Shown here piece by piece: positions 34,187-47,100 of a DNA stretch of 64,000 nucleotides. The stretch comes from Raja brachyura (Eukaryota), in assembly GCA_963514005.1 (NCBI GenBank), contig OY740782.1:116622001-116686000 (forward strand). The letters are read 5' to 3'. Numbering within the stretch: the first letter of the stretch is position 1; each line of letters begins with the position of its first letter. Under the pieces are notes generated by a model. It had not been told where the DNA came from, searched no databases, and saw only the letters and a program-made list of their open reading frames with translations. The position numbers and the translations under genes were made by a program.

Positions 34187-35985
34187 ATTCCATCATACTC
34201 CTAGCTTGAGCTTTGTGTGTGTGGGCAGGATTCCTAGACCCTGACCTGCTTTTGTAGCCACATTGAGTTAATGGCTACTCCAGTTCAATTTCTGGGCAAT
34301 GGTAACAACCACTATTATAGCGATAGTGGAGATAGTAATGCCATTAAAGGTCGGGGTATAATAGTTGAATTTTCTTTTGAGGGATATTGTCATTGTCTGG
34401 CACCTTGTGTTGTGAATATTACTTGCATCTATCAGCCCAGGCTGGATATTGTCCAGATCTTGCTGCATTTGGTTGTGGACTGCTTCATTATCTGATGAGG
34501 TTCAAATGGAACAATCGTCAGCAAATGTCCCTACTTCTGACCTCATGGTTGCATAAAGGTCATTTATGAAGCACCTGAAGACGGTTAACTATTTGCAATT
34601 CTCTACAGTGGAGGATAGTCATTGCCATTTACTCAGAAAGAAATCAATAGATATCTGGATATTATGAGGATAAGGGAATAGTGCAGGACAACGGCAGAGG
34701 TATAAGACTAGCTGTGATTTTGATGCATGGCAGAGCTGGCTGAAAGTGTCAAATACTCTTTTGGTCTTGATTTCCATGCTCTTAGATTGATTTGGAAGTA
34801 TTTAATGAACATGACAGACCTGGGTCATTTTCTATTTTGCGTAGATGCCCATATGTTAACTGTAACAGAAGAGCTTGGCTTGAGTTCCAACTAGCTCCGG
34901 AGAGTTGGTCATCAGCACTGCTGTTGGGATGTTGGTTCACTAGCTTTCACTCTGTCCAGTGCTCTCAATTGGCTGCTGTGAATTGTCCATCGTGTGCAGG
35001 AGAGTGGTAAAATATGTTGGGAGTTGACAGGAATGTGTTCAAGCAAATAACAAAGGGATTATAAAGTAATTCCAGTCTTGCAGGAGGCTGTGTTTGCATT
35101 CATGGAAATCTGCTCCAATTGAGATTTCCACATCATCTGCACTTGCATCAAGAAAGATGTTGGGGGGGAAAGATTATTTCCCCTTTTTCCAAACAAATTC
35201 CATGAGAGCTGAATGGCCATAACATAGGAGTAACATCTAGTTTAGGACGAGTGTGGGTGGTTGATTTGTTGATGGTTGCCACAGAGTGAAAAGCCTGTTT
35301 CCATGTTGTATGATTCTGACTCCATGGTTCATTCCATCTAACCATGTACTATTGCTACTACTCTGATGCATTAGTCTTGCCATACAGGCAGGCCATAAAC
35401 ATGGGGTCTGGGGCATGGGCTGAGAAATGCTGTTTTCTGAGTATGACTTTGCTATTGCATGGTTAATCTGTGGGACAGCTCTCTTAAATTAGCCGGAGGT
35501 CCCCTGGTGATGAGAGGAGGACTATACAGGGTTGAATCTGCTGGTTGTGTGTTTGTCACCAAGACTGTTACCGAGGTCAATAAAGGATAGTCGATCCATA
35601 TTTATTCTTGTGCTCTGAAGTCACAGTTTGTTACAACAGGATGGCTTGCTTGGTGATTTCAGGGGCAGTTTAAAGTCAACAACATGCTGTGGGTCTGGAG
35701 ACATACCAGACAGGATAAAGATGGCACATAGATGCGCATATAAATTAGATCTTGTTGTTATAATATCGTTTCAAGTTGAAAGTACTGAAATTGATGCAAG
35801 ATTTAAGGGCTCATGGTTATTGGATAAATACAGGGCACAAAACCTTCAAACATTATAACCTTGTCTTAAACTGTGCGGTCATAACATGTTGCTGTGAAGC
35901 CACTATATGACCCATGGAAAGTTTCGAGCCACAAGCTGACACCCCAAGGACAAAATAAATTGGCTGAGTGCTGTGTTCTCTACAG

Positions 35986-36174
35986 GTCATTATGCAGGGG
36001 CGCAGCATAGCATTACCAGGCCAGATGGGCCGAGGACGCATGATGCAACATAAACAGAATCTGCGAGTGGTGGAATGCAGACCTCAACCATGTGTGGTGT
36101 CAATTGAAGGGCTTTCTTCTTCAACCACTGATATCCAGTTGAAAAACCTGCTGATGTCAGTTGGACCTATTCAG
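35986..36174 (+). CDS. RBM33: RBM33 coding exon, start of C-terminal RRM-like domain
   Basis: Acceptor gttctctacag|GTC; encodes VIMQGR...MGRGRMMQHKQNLRVVECRPQPCVVSIEGLSSSTTDIQLKNLLMSVGPIQ; donor CAG|gtaaat. Confidence 0.95.
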
Positions 36175-37895
36175 GTAAATGACCTCTTGCATGCATTTTT
36201 TATCACATAAATTATTTGCAAGACTATTAAAAATATGCTTTGATTCTTTTAAATCTATGAACCTAATGTTTGTGTGAAGTTTATCAAACATTTATTGTTG
36301 GTAAGTACTACCATGTTGGATTAAATAGTTTAAAGAATGTGATAATATGTGGGAACAATAAATTGCAGCTTCTGGTAAATTTGATAATTTGCAGGAAATA
36401 TATTAGCATACAGCTTTTTGCATGGTTTACGCCTTTTCTAATGCACAGATGGCAGCATCCTGTCTTAGCTTGTCACCCTCATTGACAGAAGTGTCTGGGT
36501 TTGGATGTAGATTGCTGTGCATCACCCAAATTCTGCTCTATAATTTACCTCGAGTCTTAACACTTTCTTCCATCTCATTTGTCTTGGGATTCTTTGCCCT
36601 TGACCATTTTTTCATCTCGCTGCATCTTGGATGGTTTCTTTATGCCGTGGTTTGGAAATCATGGCTTTTTTTTCATGTTAACGCTTTAATTTTGTAGGTT
36701 AAATAAAATGATGATGTATTAATCAGATGTTTTTGTCATCTTCCATTAACTCTGCAATAATACCAGTTAAGTGTCAAGAGTTGAATCAAGAGTGTGGAAC
36801 AATGAAATTATTACTTGCAGCAGCAGAACAGACCTGTAAACACAATTTACATAGATGATATATAATTAATTCAATAACAATAATCACAATATTAGTGAAT
36901 TAAAAAAAAAAAAGTAATTAGTGCAACCGGAGACAGTCCATAGATGTTCATAGTTGAAGTTAGTGCTCTGTAGTGTTCAGGAACTTGACTTCGCACAAAT
37001 GCATAAAAGCTGGAATCAAGGACTGGCCTACCACAGAACTGGTAAAACAATTCACACTTTTCCATCCCTCTCGTCTATAACTTGTTCTTGCACTGCTTTA
37101 CACCTTTATTTAATTGGCTTTTGACTGGCCATCTTTGTTGTTAGTTAAGCTGCCACTCACATGTTCTAATTTGTCCACGAAGTCCAGTGATCTTACTTTA
37201 TTCACGTTTCCCCCTCTGACTTTGCCAACACAGCATTTTCCACAATAATGTATGTTGTTTTGTCCCTCATCAGTAAATAATTTTAAAATATGATTTTGAA
37301 AGTATTATAGCAGAAAAACTGTTTAAAGGGAAATACTTCAGATGCTGCATATCTGAAATAAAGACATTCAGCAAGTGCAGTAATGTATTTAGAAAGACCC
37401 ATCACTCAAATTTCTTATGGAATAAATCAAAGTCAAAGACAGTTGTTGATAAAGATGAGGTTGTGAGAGCAGGTTACAACAAATGACAAATAAATGGAAA
37501 ATAAAAACAGGAATTGCTGGAAACACTTGCTAGGTTAGGCAACCTCTTTGGAAATATCAGTTAAGGGATGAGGAGTTTCAGATCTTAAAGTATTTCTCTT
37601 TGCACAGATACTGCCTGATCTATTGAGTGTTTCCAGTATTTTCTGCTTCTATTTCAGATTTCCAGCATGTTCATTTTTTTATAATTTTGAAATAGTAATT
37701 TTTCAGTGAATGGTTAAAAAAATCAGTATTATTACTCATTCAGCTTAAATTAAGAAGCTGGCTAATTCATTTTAAAGCAATTGGTAATCACTTCAGAGGA
37801 AACAAATCTATGACTGGCCAAATGCATTGCTATTATTGGCAGGGGTTGAATAACTCCTATTATCTCTGTCATTCTGAGTCAAGTCCTCCAAGTAA

Positions 37896-38922
37896 CCATA
37901 TAATAACCATATAATAATTACAGCACGGAAACAGGCCATCTCGGCCCTTCAAGTCCATGCCGAACAACTTTTTTCCCTTAGTCCCACCTGCCTGCACTCA
38001 TACCATAACCCTCCATACCCTTCTCATCCATATGCCTATCCAATTTATTTTTAAATGATACCAACGAACCTGCCGCCACCACTTCCACTGGAAGCTCATT
38101 CCACACCGCTACCACTCTCTGAGTAAAGAAGTTCCCCCTCATGTTACCCCTAAACCTCTGTCCCTTAATTCTAAAGTCATGTCCTCTTGTTTGAATCTTC
38201 CCTATTCTCATAGGGAAAAGCTTGTCCACATCAACTCTGTCTATCCCTCTCATCATTTTAAAGACCTCTATCAAGTCCCCCCTTAACCTTCTGCGCTCCA
38301 GAGAATAAAGACCTAACTTATTCAACCTATCTCTGTAACTTAGCTGTTGAAACCCAGGCAACATTCTAGTAAATCTCCTCTGTACCCTCTCTATTTTGTT
38401 GACATCCTTCCTATAATTGGGCGACCAAAATTGTACACCATACTCCAGATTTGGTCTCACTAATGCCTTGTACAATTTTAACATTACATCCCAGCTTCTA
38501 TACTCAATGCTCTGATTTATAAAGGCTAGCATACCAAAAGCTTTCTTTACCACCCTATCTATATGAGATTCCACCTTCAAGGAACTATGCACGGTTATTC
38601 CCAGATCCCTCTGTTCAACTGTATTTTTCAATTCCCTACCGTTTACCATGTACGTCCTATTTTGATTTGTCCTGCCAAGGTGTAGCACCTCACATTTATC
38701 AGCATTAAACTCCATCTGCAATCTTTCAGCCCATTTTTACAACTGGCCTAAATCACTCTGTAGACTTTGGAAATCCTCTTCATTATCCACAACACCCCCT
38801 ATCATGGTATCATCTGCATACTTACTCATCCAATTTACCACCTCTTCATCCAGATCATTGATGTACATGACAAACAACAAAGGACCCAACACAGATCCCT
38901 GAGGCACCCCACTAGTCACTAG
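37896..38922 (-). mobile_element. Young 5'-truncated CR1/HER1 LINE with TSD
   Basis: ORFs 38737-38946 (VTSGVPQGSVLGP, YADDT) and 37978-38721 (247 aa RT C-terminus); tail (taaccatata)n; TCCAAGTAA at 37887-37895 and 38923-38931. Confidence 0.92.
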
Positions 38923-39789
38923 TCCAAGTAAAACTGGAGTGAACAAATTAACTGGATTCTCCCGGGATCAATTTCTATCCATTTCTGCCAACCATTCAGA
39001 TGAATTCTTGATAAGCTGAAAAGGCATAAATTTTGGTTCGTAATTTCTTTTTATGAGAATTTATTTGAACCCAGTTTCCCCTAATGATACTTGGATATAA
39101 ATACCATTTCAAGTATTTGCAGATAAATGTTGGAGCTATTTAGCTAAACGCCAAAAGGAATTGCAGTTGTATTCCAGATAAGAGCTCGTGGAATAGTAAA
39201 CTACTTTATTGCTGCTTGTATTTTAAGTTGCTTTTTGGAGATGTGCTGGCAGTAATAACTGTCAAAACAAAATATAGCTCATGCACCTGGTCCTGGTGGG
39301 TATAAGTGCATCAAAGGGTTGAAGCAAGTGTATTGAGAGAAACACAAGTACTTTAGATTTTGAATTCTGATTAAGTCAATTGTGGTAAATTGTTTTTAAA
39401 GTTGTGTTCCAGAGTGAAACTTTAATTGGGAGAGAATTATTAAGGTGGGATAAATGATGTGTGGTTTTCTTGCTAGAATTCTCAATGGACTTTTGAAATT
39501 CAAACAGAATATTGGTGTGTGTCTGCAGAAGCACTTTAGTTCCTGGTTTAAATGTGGAAGCACGGCTTGTATTGCTTGTTACTGCTCCAACAGCATCTTC
39601 ATGTTGAAGGATATATAAACTGCTGTCATTAGAGCATACCATTAAATAAGCTTGCCTGGTTAGATGTTTTCTGACAGAAAATTCTAAATTCACCACATAT
39701 TTACTTAATGAGTATTTCACTTTGGTATTCACAAAGTAAAATTACATTGATAATGGTGAAATTAGGGAAGGGTGTGTTGATATTCTATG

Positions 39790-40710
39790 GCATTTTATCC
39801 TGAGAGGCCAGATGAGATTTTTTCCAGGATAGTGAGGGAAGCAAGGGAGGAAACTTCTGAGACGTTGACAGAGATCTTTGTATCCTCTTTAGCCATGGGT
39901 GAAGTGCCAGTTGATTGATTGAAAAATAGCCAAAGTTGTTCCTTTGTTTAAAAAGGACAACTGAGATAATGCAGGAATTATAGGCCGACGTGCATTGCTT
40001 CACTGGCAGGAAAATTATTGGGGAACTTTCTTTGGGGTAAGACATTCTTCAGTTACATAAAACTGAGGTTAGGCACATTGTTCAGTATTGTGTGCAGTTC
40101 CGGTCACCTCTATTGGAAGCATGTGGAAGCTTTTGAGAGTGCAGAAAATGTTCATCAGCACTAGATTGCGTAGTATTAGCTATGAGGAGAGGTTGGACAA
40201 ACTTGGATTGTTTCATCTGGTATGCCAGAAGCTGAGGGTCGATCTGCTAGAGGTGCATGAAATTATGAGCGACATGGATAGTATAAATAGTCAGAGATCT
40301 TCTCCCAGAGTCAAGATGCTAAACACCAAAAGATCTGGGTTAAAGGCGAGAGGGAGTGGTTTAAAGGAGGTTTGTAAGGCAAGTTATTTTACACAGCAAG
40401 TGGTAGGTGCCTGGAATGCGCCTCCGGAGAGATGTAAGTAGCAGTAAAGGGACTGTCCCACATAGGCGTTATTTGCGCGTCATTTACGCGTCACGATGCA
40501 ACATAATTTATGCAAATGACGCCCAAGTGGGACAGGCCCTTCAGAAGTAACTTTTCAGAGGCATTTACACAAATCCATGAACAGGTAGTAAACAGATGAA
40601 TATAGTCCATGTACTGGCCGATGGGATTAATTTAGATTTGCATCATGGTAAGTACAACACATGGTGGACTGAAAGATCTATTCCTGTGCTATACTGTTCC
40701 ATATTCTTAA
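39790..40710 (+). mobile_element. Degraded CR1 3' fragment
   Basis: SYEERLDKLGLF...FTQQVVGAWNA in ORF 40088-40441 and CR1-type tail gatgggatta...cctgtgctatactgttc. Confidence 0.75.
40447..40541. mobile_element. Tiny PIF/Harbinger-like MITE
   Basis: TIR AAGGGACTGTCCCAC / GTGGGACAGGCCCTT, inserted in a CR1 fragment. Confidence 0.65.
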
Positions 40711-42344
40711 GGACTGATAAATTGGTACAAAATTAGTGAACAAAATATAACGGACAGGAATTTATTAAAAACTAAATTGTCTGAAAATTGTTGAGGTAAC
40801 TAATTAGGTAGATGAAGGAAATGGAGTAAATGTATGTATATATATTTAATTATTCAGTGACATATTCCCATCTTTATATTTGAATGAAAAAATATGAGGA
40901 AATTCAATGGTATGGATAAAATTCGTAGAACAAGATAAATGATAATTGAAAAGACAGATAGAAACAAAATGCTGGAGTAACTCAGCGGGACAGGCAGCAT
41001 CTCTGGAGAGAAGGAATGGGTGAAGATTCGGGTCGAGACCCTTCAGTCTCAGAAAAGACAGGGTTGGATATGGTTCAACCATGGAGCCGTTGCTTGGTCT
41101 GTATCATATATAAATTATTCTTCCTACAGTCTGCTTCATTTTCTGCCTTTCAGCGCACCTTCTTATCTCTCTACTATTTTAAGTGTGACGCTAATTAGGT
41201 GTTAAAATGTGCAGGGACATTATTCCTTGGGTTTCTGCCAGGATTTATTCATGGGCCAGGTAGCACTGAGATTTCTAGTTAAGCAGGATGTATAGTGCAT
41301 AACTTCTTCATAGAAAGCAGATTGCTGAATCTTACAGTGAATAATTTACCTTTTAATATCTGTTTGCAACCAATAATGCTTCGAGGTTTATGTCTCCAGT
41401 TATTTCTCAAAGTAAATTCCCCTGATGCACATGTACAGTATGATCACTCATAGTCAATTATGTTTTTTTAATTGCAGATACTTGAAGTGAATGTTTTTGT
41501 CATAAAGCCAAAATTTAATAAGTGCTGTCAAGTAGTATTCCATTGCTATAACTACAAAACCTGCAGGTTTTCAAATCTACAGTTGTACTTCGCCTCCTCA
41601 TTAACACACTGTCTTTTATATAATGCACATTTTGCTTGGCCTTCAGCTGCTGCCTTCTTAAGGGCTGCTTCTCATTCTTAATTATTCCACGGTGAAAAAC
41701 TGATTTGTTTTAATCTGATCATTTTTGTGTGGAGGCTTGCTTGTCATTGCACAACTTCAGTGTGACTTATTTTAAACCAGCTGTGGTTATATTTCGTACA
41801 ATAACAGACAACTGCTATTTTGTGCTCTATTGATTAATATATTCATGACTGCTTAATGCATTGCAGGTGAACAATGTGAGGTTCAATTCAAAATGGGATT
41901 TTAACTTGGTGTCCTTTGCAAATCTTTGTACTCCACTTGGCAATAGTTTGATCCTGTCCAAAAACAGAAAATAGTAGGTCGTGAAAGTGAAGCAAAATAA
42001 TGTTTCAGTTTGACTGTTTCACTCTGCATAGATGCAACCTGACCACCTAATTTTTCCCCCAACATTTTCTGTTTTTATTTCAGGTTTCTGGCATCTGCAT
42101 TTAAAAAAAAAAGATCAATTTAATACTGTTTGTTGTATTGGTCATCCCGGATATTTATTTGATTTTATCGCTCAGCTATTGGTATTAATTCAATGTTATT
42201 CAGAGATTTGCGTAAAATAGACCGAAGAAGATGTTGTCGAGGAAGGGTGATGTAAAATGCCAACTTTGAGTTCAGAATACTGAAGAATTTAAAAGAGAAT
42301 CTGAGCTAGAAGGAAATTCTGTCATTGATCTAAAATGTTGAAGA

Positions 42345-42545
42345 TAACCACAATGTGCTGGAGTTACTCTGGGTCGCACAGCATCTCTGAAGAATAAGGA
42401 TAGGAGACGTTTTGGGTTGGGACCCTTCCTTAGGCGAAGGGTTCCAACCCTATCCTTTTTCTCCAGAGATGCTGCCTGAGCCGCTGAGTTACTCCAGCAC
42501 TTTGTGTCTATCTTTGTTAGAAACCAGCATCTGCAGTTCTTTGCT
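42345..42545. repeat. Head-to-head pair of Penelope tail repeats (palindrome)
   Basis: gtgctggagttactc...gcatctctg...ggatagg mirrored by cctatcc...cagagatgct...gagttactccagcac. Confidence 0.75.
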
Positions 42546-42869
42546 TCTCAAATGTTAAGTTTGTTTTTCGATTTGCAAGTGCAGCCTGGCTTGTTGCATA
42601 ATTCTATTATTTTCTTGTGTATTTGTGGGAGTGATGGGGATGCAAATGGCAGAGGGCGAGTTCATTATTTCAGCCTGGAGAAGATTGTAAGATTATCCAA
42701 ACCTGGAGAATTTGCATATGACTAGATTTAATGATTAAAGTTATAGGAAACAATGGAGACAATGACTCAAGGAACTTGCTTAAGGAGTTTTGCAGATGAG
42801 TATTGTATATGTTGAGGTTTATAAAGGATCAAGATTGGCAAGCCAGCCAGGTATGTGTTGGAATTGTGG

Positions 42870-43470
42870 CGAATGTCAGGAAGAGCTGGATGCGAGAAAA
42901 GACCAGGACAAATCAAGGCCGACAACAATGACTTCAGGCAGGGTGGAGCCCTGTTAGGCCATTTGTTGGCTACGGGGATACAGTGCGATGAGCTGTCAAG
43001 CTGATTAAAGGACTAGGGAGTAGGACGGGGGGGGGGGGTGGGGGGGAACGTCAGTATAAATTACTTAAAATTGGAGAATTCAACCTTCAAACTGGTGGGT
43101 TATAAGCAACCCAAGTAAAATATGAGGTGCTATTCCTCCAATTTGTTTGTGGCCTCTCTGGCAATGGAGGAGGCACAGGACAAAGACCATCGCTTCTTGG
43201 GAATGGGAAGGGGAGTTGAAATGGATGGCAACCGGGTGATCCAATAGGCCTTGGCAGATTGGGACGAAGTGTTTAGTGAAATGGTCACTGAGTCTACGTC
43301 TTGTCGATGTACAGGACCCTACATTGGGACATTGGATGCAGTCAATGAGGTTAGAGGAGATACATGTAAACTGTTTCACCTGAAAGGTCTGTCAGGGTCC
43401 CTGGATGGACTCGAGGGAGGAGGTACAAGGACAGGTGTTGCATCTACTGCGGTTGCAGGGGAAAGTACAT
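42870..43470 (-). mobile_element. Penelope-like GIY-YIG endonuclease fragment
   Basis: ORF 43080-43379: QFTCISSNLIDCIQC...RRLSDHF..H...PVAIHFNSPSHS. Confidence 0.8.
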
Positions 43471-43559
43471 CACTTTTACAATTTTGTTTATTGGCATTTC
43501 AACTTCCACTAGCCTCCAGTGTTTGAGCTTGTTGTTGGGCACTTATCTTCATCAACGCA

Positions 43560-44135
43560 TCTACTTGGCGCATGTGCAGGAGTGGGGCGCCATTGAGTAT
43601 GGCTGCTCTGCCCGCAGTCCGTCTTTTGACCCTTTTTAGTGTTTAAAAAAACTTTTATTTTGGAGGTCGAGTATTTTTACATGGGGTACCCTATTTACTG
43701 CGGAGGCCTCATCTATTCGGCTCTATGATCGTTGCTTTCGTCCGTCTGTCCGCGCGTTTGCTCGCTTTTGGCGCCGCGCTTCTCCCCTCGGACTCCGACA
43801 CACGCGAGCATACACACACACACACAAAAAAATCGACGTCTCCAGAGATGCTGCCTGATCTGCTGATTTACTCTAGCCTTTTGTGTCTGTCTTCGGTTTA
43901 AACCTACGTCTGTAGTTCCTCCCTGTACAAGGTATGTACCGTTTAAAAAGAAAATTTAAAACATTTAAAAACATACAAACTGTTCCCCCGCCACGCTCAT
44001 TACACTGCGAGAGGCATAACTGAAGTCAGGTCGGGGTTTACTGAAATGGCGGAAGTTACGCTCCGGTGCGTACTACACGTCAGTCCATTGTATTTCGCAG
44101 GAGTAGACCATCTTGCTCTGCTCTAAGATCTTTGG
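43560..44135. repeat. CpG-rich composite of unclassified repeats
   Basis: Abrupt GC/CpG-rich segments, a (CA)n run and an embedded Penelope tail piece (43838-43925). Confidence 0.4.
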
Positions 44136-45849
44136 TGAAAATCACTGTTTCCAGTATAAACCACCGTAATTTCTAAGGCATCATTTGTTTCACTTTTTAA
44201 TTATGTGAATTTCCTATTAGGATAAAGATACAATTTTTTAATGTGTAGCTTTATGCAGACAAATAATTTGGATCATTATCAAAAGCTGAAAAAACAAAAC
44301 GGCTGCGAGAATTTCCTTTAGCAAATTTGTTGCTGTGATCTGGAACAGTCTTTGGAGGGATACGTTTTATGTTTAATGCTGTTTTTAAATTTAATGTCAG
44401 CCAAAACATAACACATGGAGTTACTTTTAAAGTCTCTTAACTGGTACAGCACTCATTTGACATAACCTAAAAGGAGGTAACACCTGACATGCCTGCAGGT
44501 TTACTGTCAAAATGCCTTTCATATTAAAGTCTCCCGAACACCATGCTCACTCACTCAAAAGTAGTTGCATTCAATTGCAAAAAAATTCTAAAATGCTAAT
44601 CGCAGGAGAAGAAAGCTGTCGATATTTTGTTCACAAATTGGTAATTTAATGAGCACTGGGCATCAGTCTGAATGTCTCTACTAATTACCCAGCACTAAAT
44701 GAAAGACTGGATAGTTAGGAACCCGGAGACTGCAAAAAAAGTATCTCTAGTTCAAATAAAAAACTTGAAATTATGCAAATGAGGCAGTGGAATAAAAATG
44801 CTGTGGAAGGCAGGAAACTGAGCAATGCAGACTTTATTTGGGTGAAAGTCCATATAACGAGTTCCCTTGGTGGCTCTTGAGTTTATCTCGTGAAGAACTG
44901 AGCCATATAGACCAAAAATAATTCAAACCGTACTTTTCAGATGGTAATAGTAGCACAAAAAAATTAACTTGGTTCACAAAAAGGACAAGAAAAGTTCCCC
45001 TTCTGATTAATTAATTTGTCCATTATCATTGTCATGACTTAATGATGACTAGCGATTTGTGTCATGTAGTGTAAAACTGGTCCTACATTTTTTTATTTGT
45101 GCCTCTACCGATGGCGGTCATATTTAGCCAGCAATCACTTGACCCGGAGACGCATGAGACTGCTGTTGCTGGAATCTTCAGCAAAAAAATCAAACTGTTA
45201 GTGGAACTCAGTGGCTCAGGCCGCATGTGTGGAGGAAAATAGGCAAGACGACATTTCTTGTCGGGCCCCAATCCAAAATGGTTTTCATTTCCCTGACCGG
45301 CTGAGTTTCTCCAGCAGTTTGTTAATCACAACTTCTGACTGGACTGCAGCATGTTCTGTTTGTTGGCCCTTGTTCCTTCTGTCAAAACTGCCAGCTACTC
45401 TCTCCCAGTTATCTGCTCTTTTGCAGTTAATCTGTTGCAACTATTCTATTATGGTTATGACTAATTTTGCATTACATGAAAACTATCCCATCACAATTGT
45501 CAAAAATGTGAATCTTCCCTATGCCATGCATTCACCTTCTATACCATATTTTCCCTTGTCCATGTATGGCATAGGAAGTGATTTGGAAGTTTAAATCTTA
45601 GTTGCCAATCTTCAGCTGCTCAAGGCGAGCAACAATAAATAACGCTGAATGGGGTGGTGTTATGGTGTTAGAGCCACTATAACATCACCACATAGTTGTA
45701 CAGAGTATAAAGGAAGAAAGGTGCAGTAATATTCACTGAATTTAATCTGTGTAGACTGGGTAAATAAATTAACAGGAGAAAGTTGATCTTGATGAGAAGT
45801 TGATGGTTTGCTTTTGGAATAATTTCTTGAAATAGTACATTCTGGAGCC

Positions 45850-47100
45850 AACCAAAGATCACGCTCGCTATAGTAGACTTGGTTTGTGGAGCAACATTTA
45901 ATCATAAGTAGCAACAATCATAATATGACTGAACTTTACGTTCAGATTGGTAGGGGGAGAAATGATCCAAGGCTGATACTGGAAATGAAGAGCAATTACG
46001 AGGGTGTGAAAGCAGACTTATTAACTAAAGTCAACTGGAATATTGAACAATTGGTCATTCAAAATGCAGTGTTGGACATTTAAAGGTACCTCAAAAATAA
46101 CGAGCAAGAGAGTCAAGAGTGTTTAATTGTCATATGCATCAAGGCCAGAACAATGCAATTTTTACTTGGTGTCGCTTTACAGGCACATTAAATGCAAAAC
46201 ACACAACACAAGTTTTCAATAAATTATTAGCTATACATAATAATGCAAGCCAACGGATGGAGTGCAGCCTTATCTACAGTAGTTTGGTGCTGATATAGGG
46301 TTGTTATATGGGGGTGTGTGCTGATGCATTCTGACAAGAAAGGACAATTTCAAAGAGGATACATTATTTACAATTAACTAAAATAAAATTACAGGTGATA
46401 TTAAATTTAAGGAAAGAAATCATAGCATGTGACATGTTTCAAGATTGGTCAGAATATATTTTTTATGTACAGAATGGCAAAATATTGTTGAAGAAGAAGG
46501 AAATATGTATGAGGCAAAGCTAGCCATAAAAATAAATTAGAAAATGAGTTTATAGATACTTAAAATAGAAAATACTTAAGGTTAGATTTGGTCCTGTGGA
46601 GAGTGTCTTGGGAATAAATAATGGAAAACGGCAAGATGACAGATTAATTCATTGACTATTTTGCATCAGGCTGCACTTTAAAGGATGCCAGATAGTATCT
46701 CAAAAATAGCTGTAAATTGGGAATTGAAAGGCAGGGAGGAACTATTATTACCGTGAATGTAAAACAGCAAATTGTTGAAGGTTGTCACGTCTCTAGGATT
46801 TGATGCACTTCATCTTGAGCTGCAAAGCATTGGCTGGTGATATAGTTGATGCATTGGTGTTAAATTTCCAAAAATACCTGCATTTTGACAATTCCATTAG
46901 TTTGAAAAATTGCAATTTTTTTTAAATTTAGAAAAATACAGAGACAGAATTCTAAAAACTATAGAGCAGTTAGGTTATCTGCAAGAGGGGAATGTTAGAA
47001 CTTGTCATTCAAGATATTACAGAGGGCTCTTGGGAATTAACATGTTATGGCATAACCAACATGTTTTTAAGAAAGGTAAATCATGCTTGATTGATGTTAT
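45850..47100 (+). mobile_element. Old degraded CR1 ORF2 remnant
   Basis: Peptides HLIISSNNHNM (cf. LG.SDHN), NYEGVKADL..VNW and NQHVFKKGKSCL. Confidence 0.55.
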
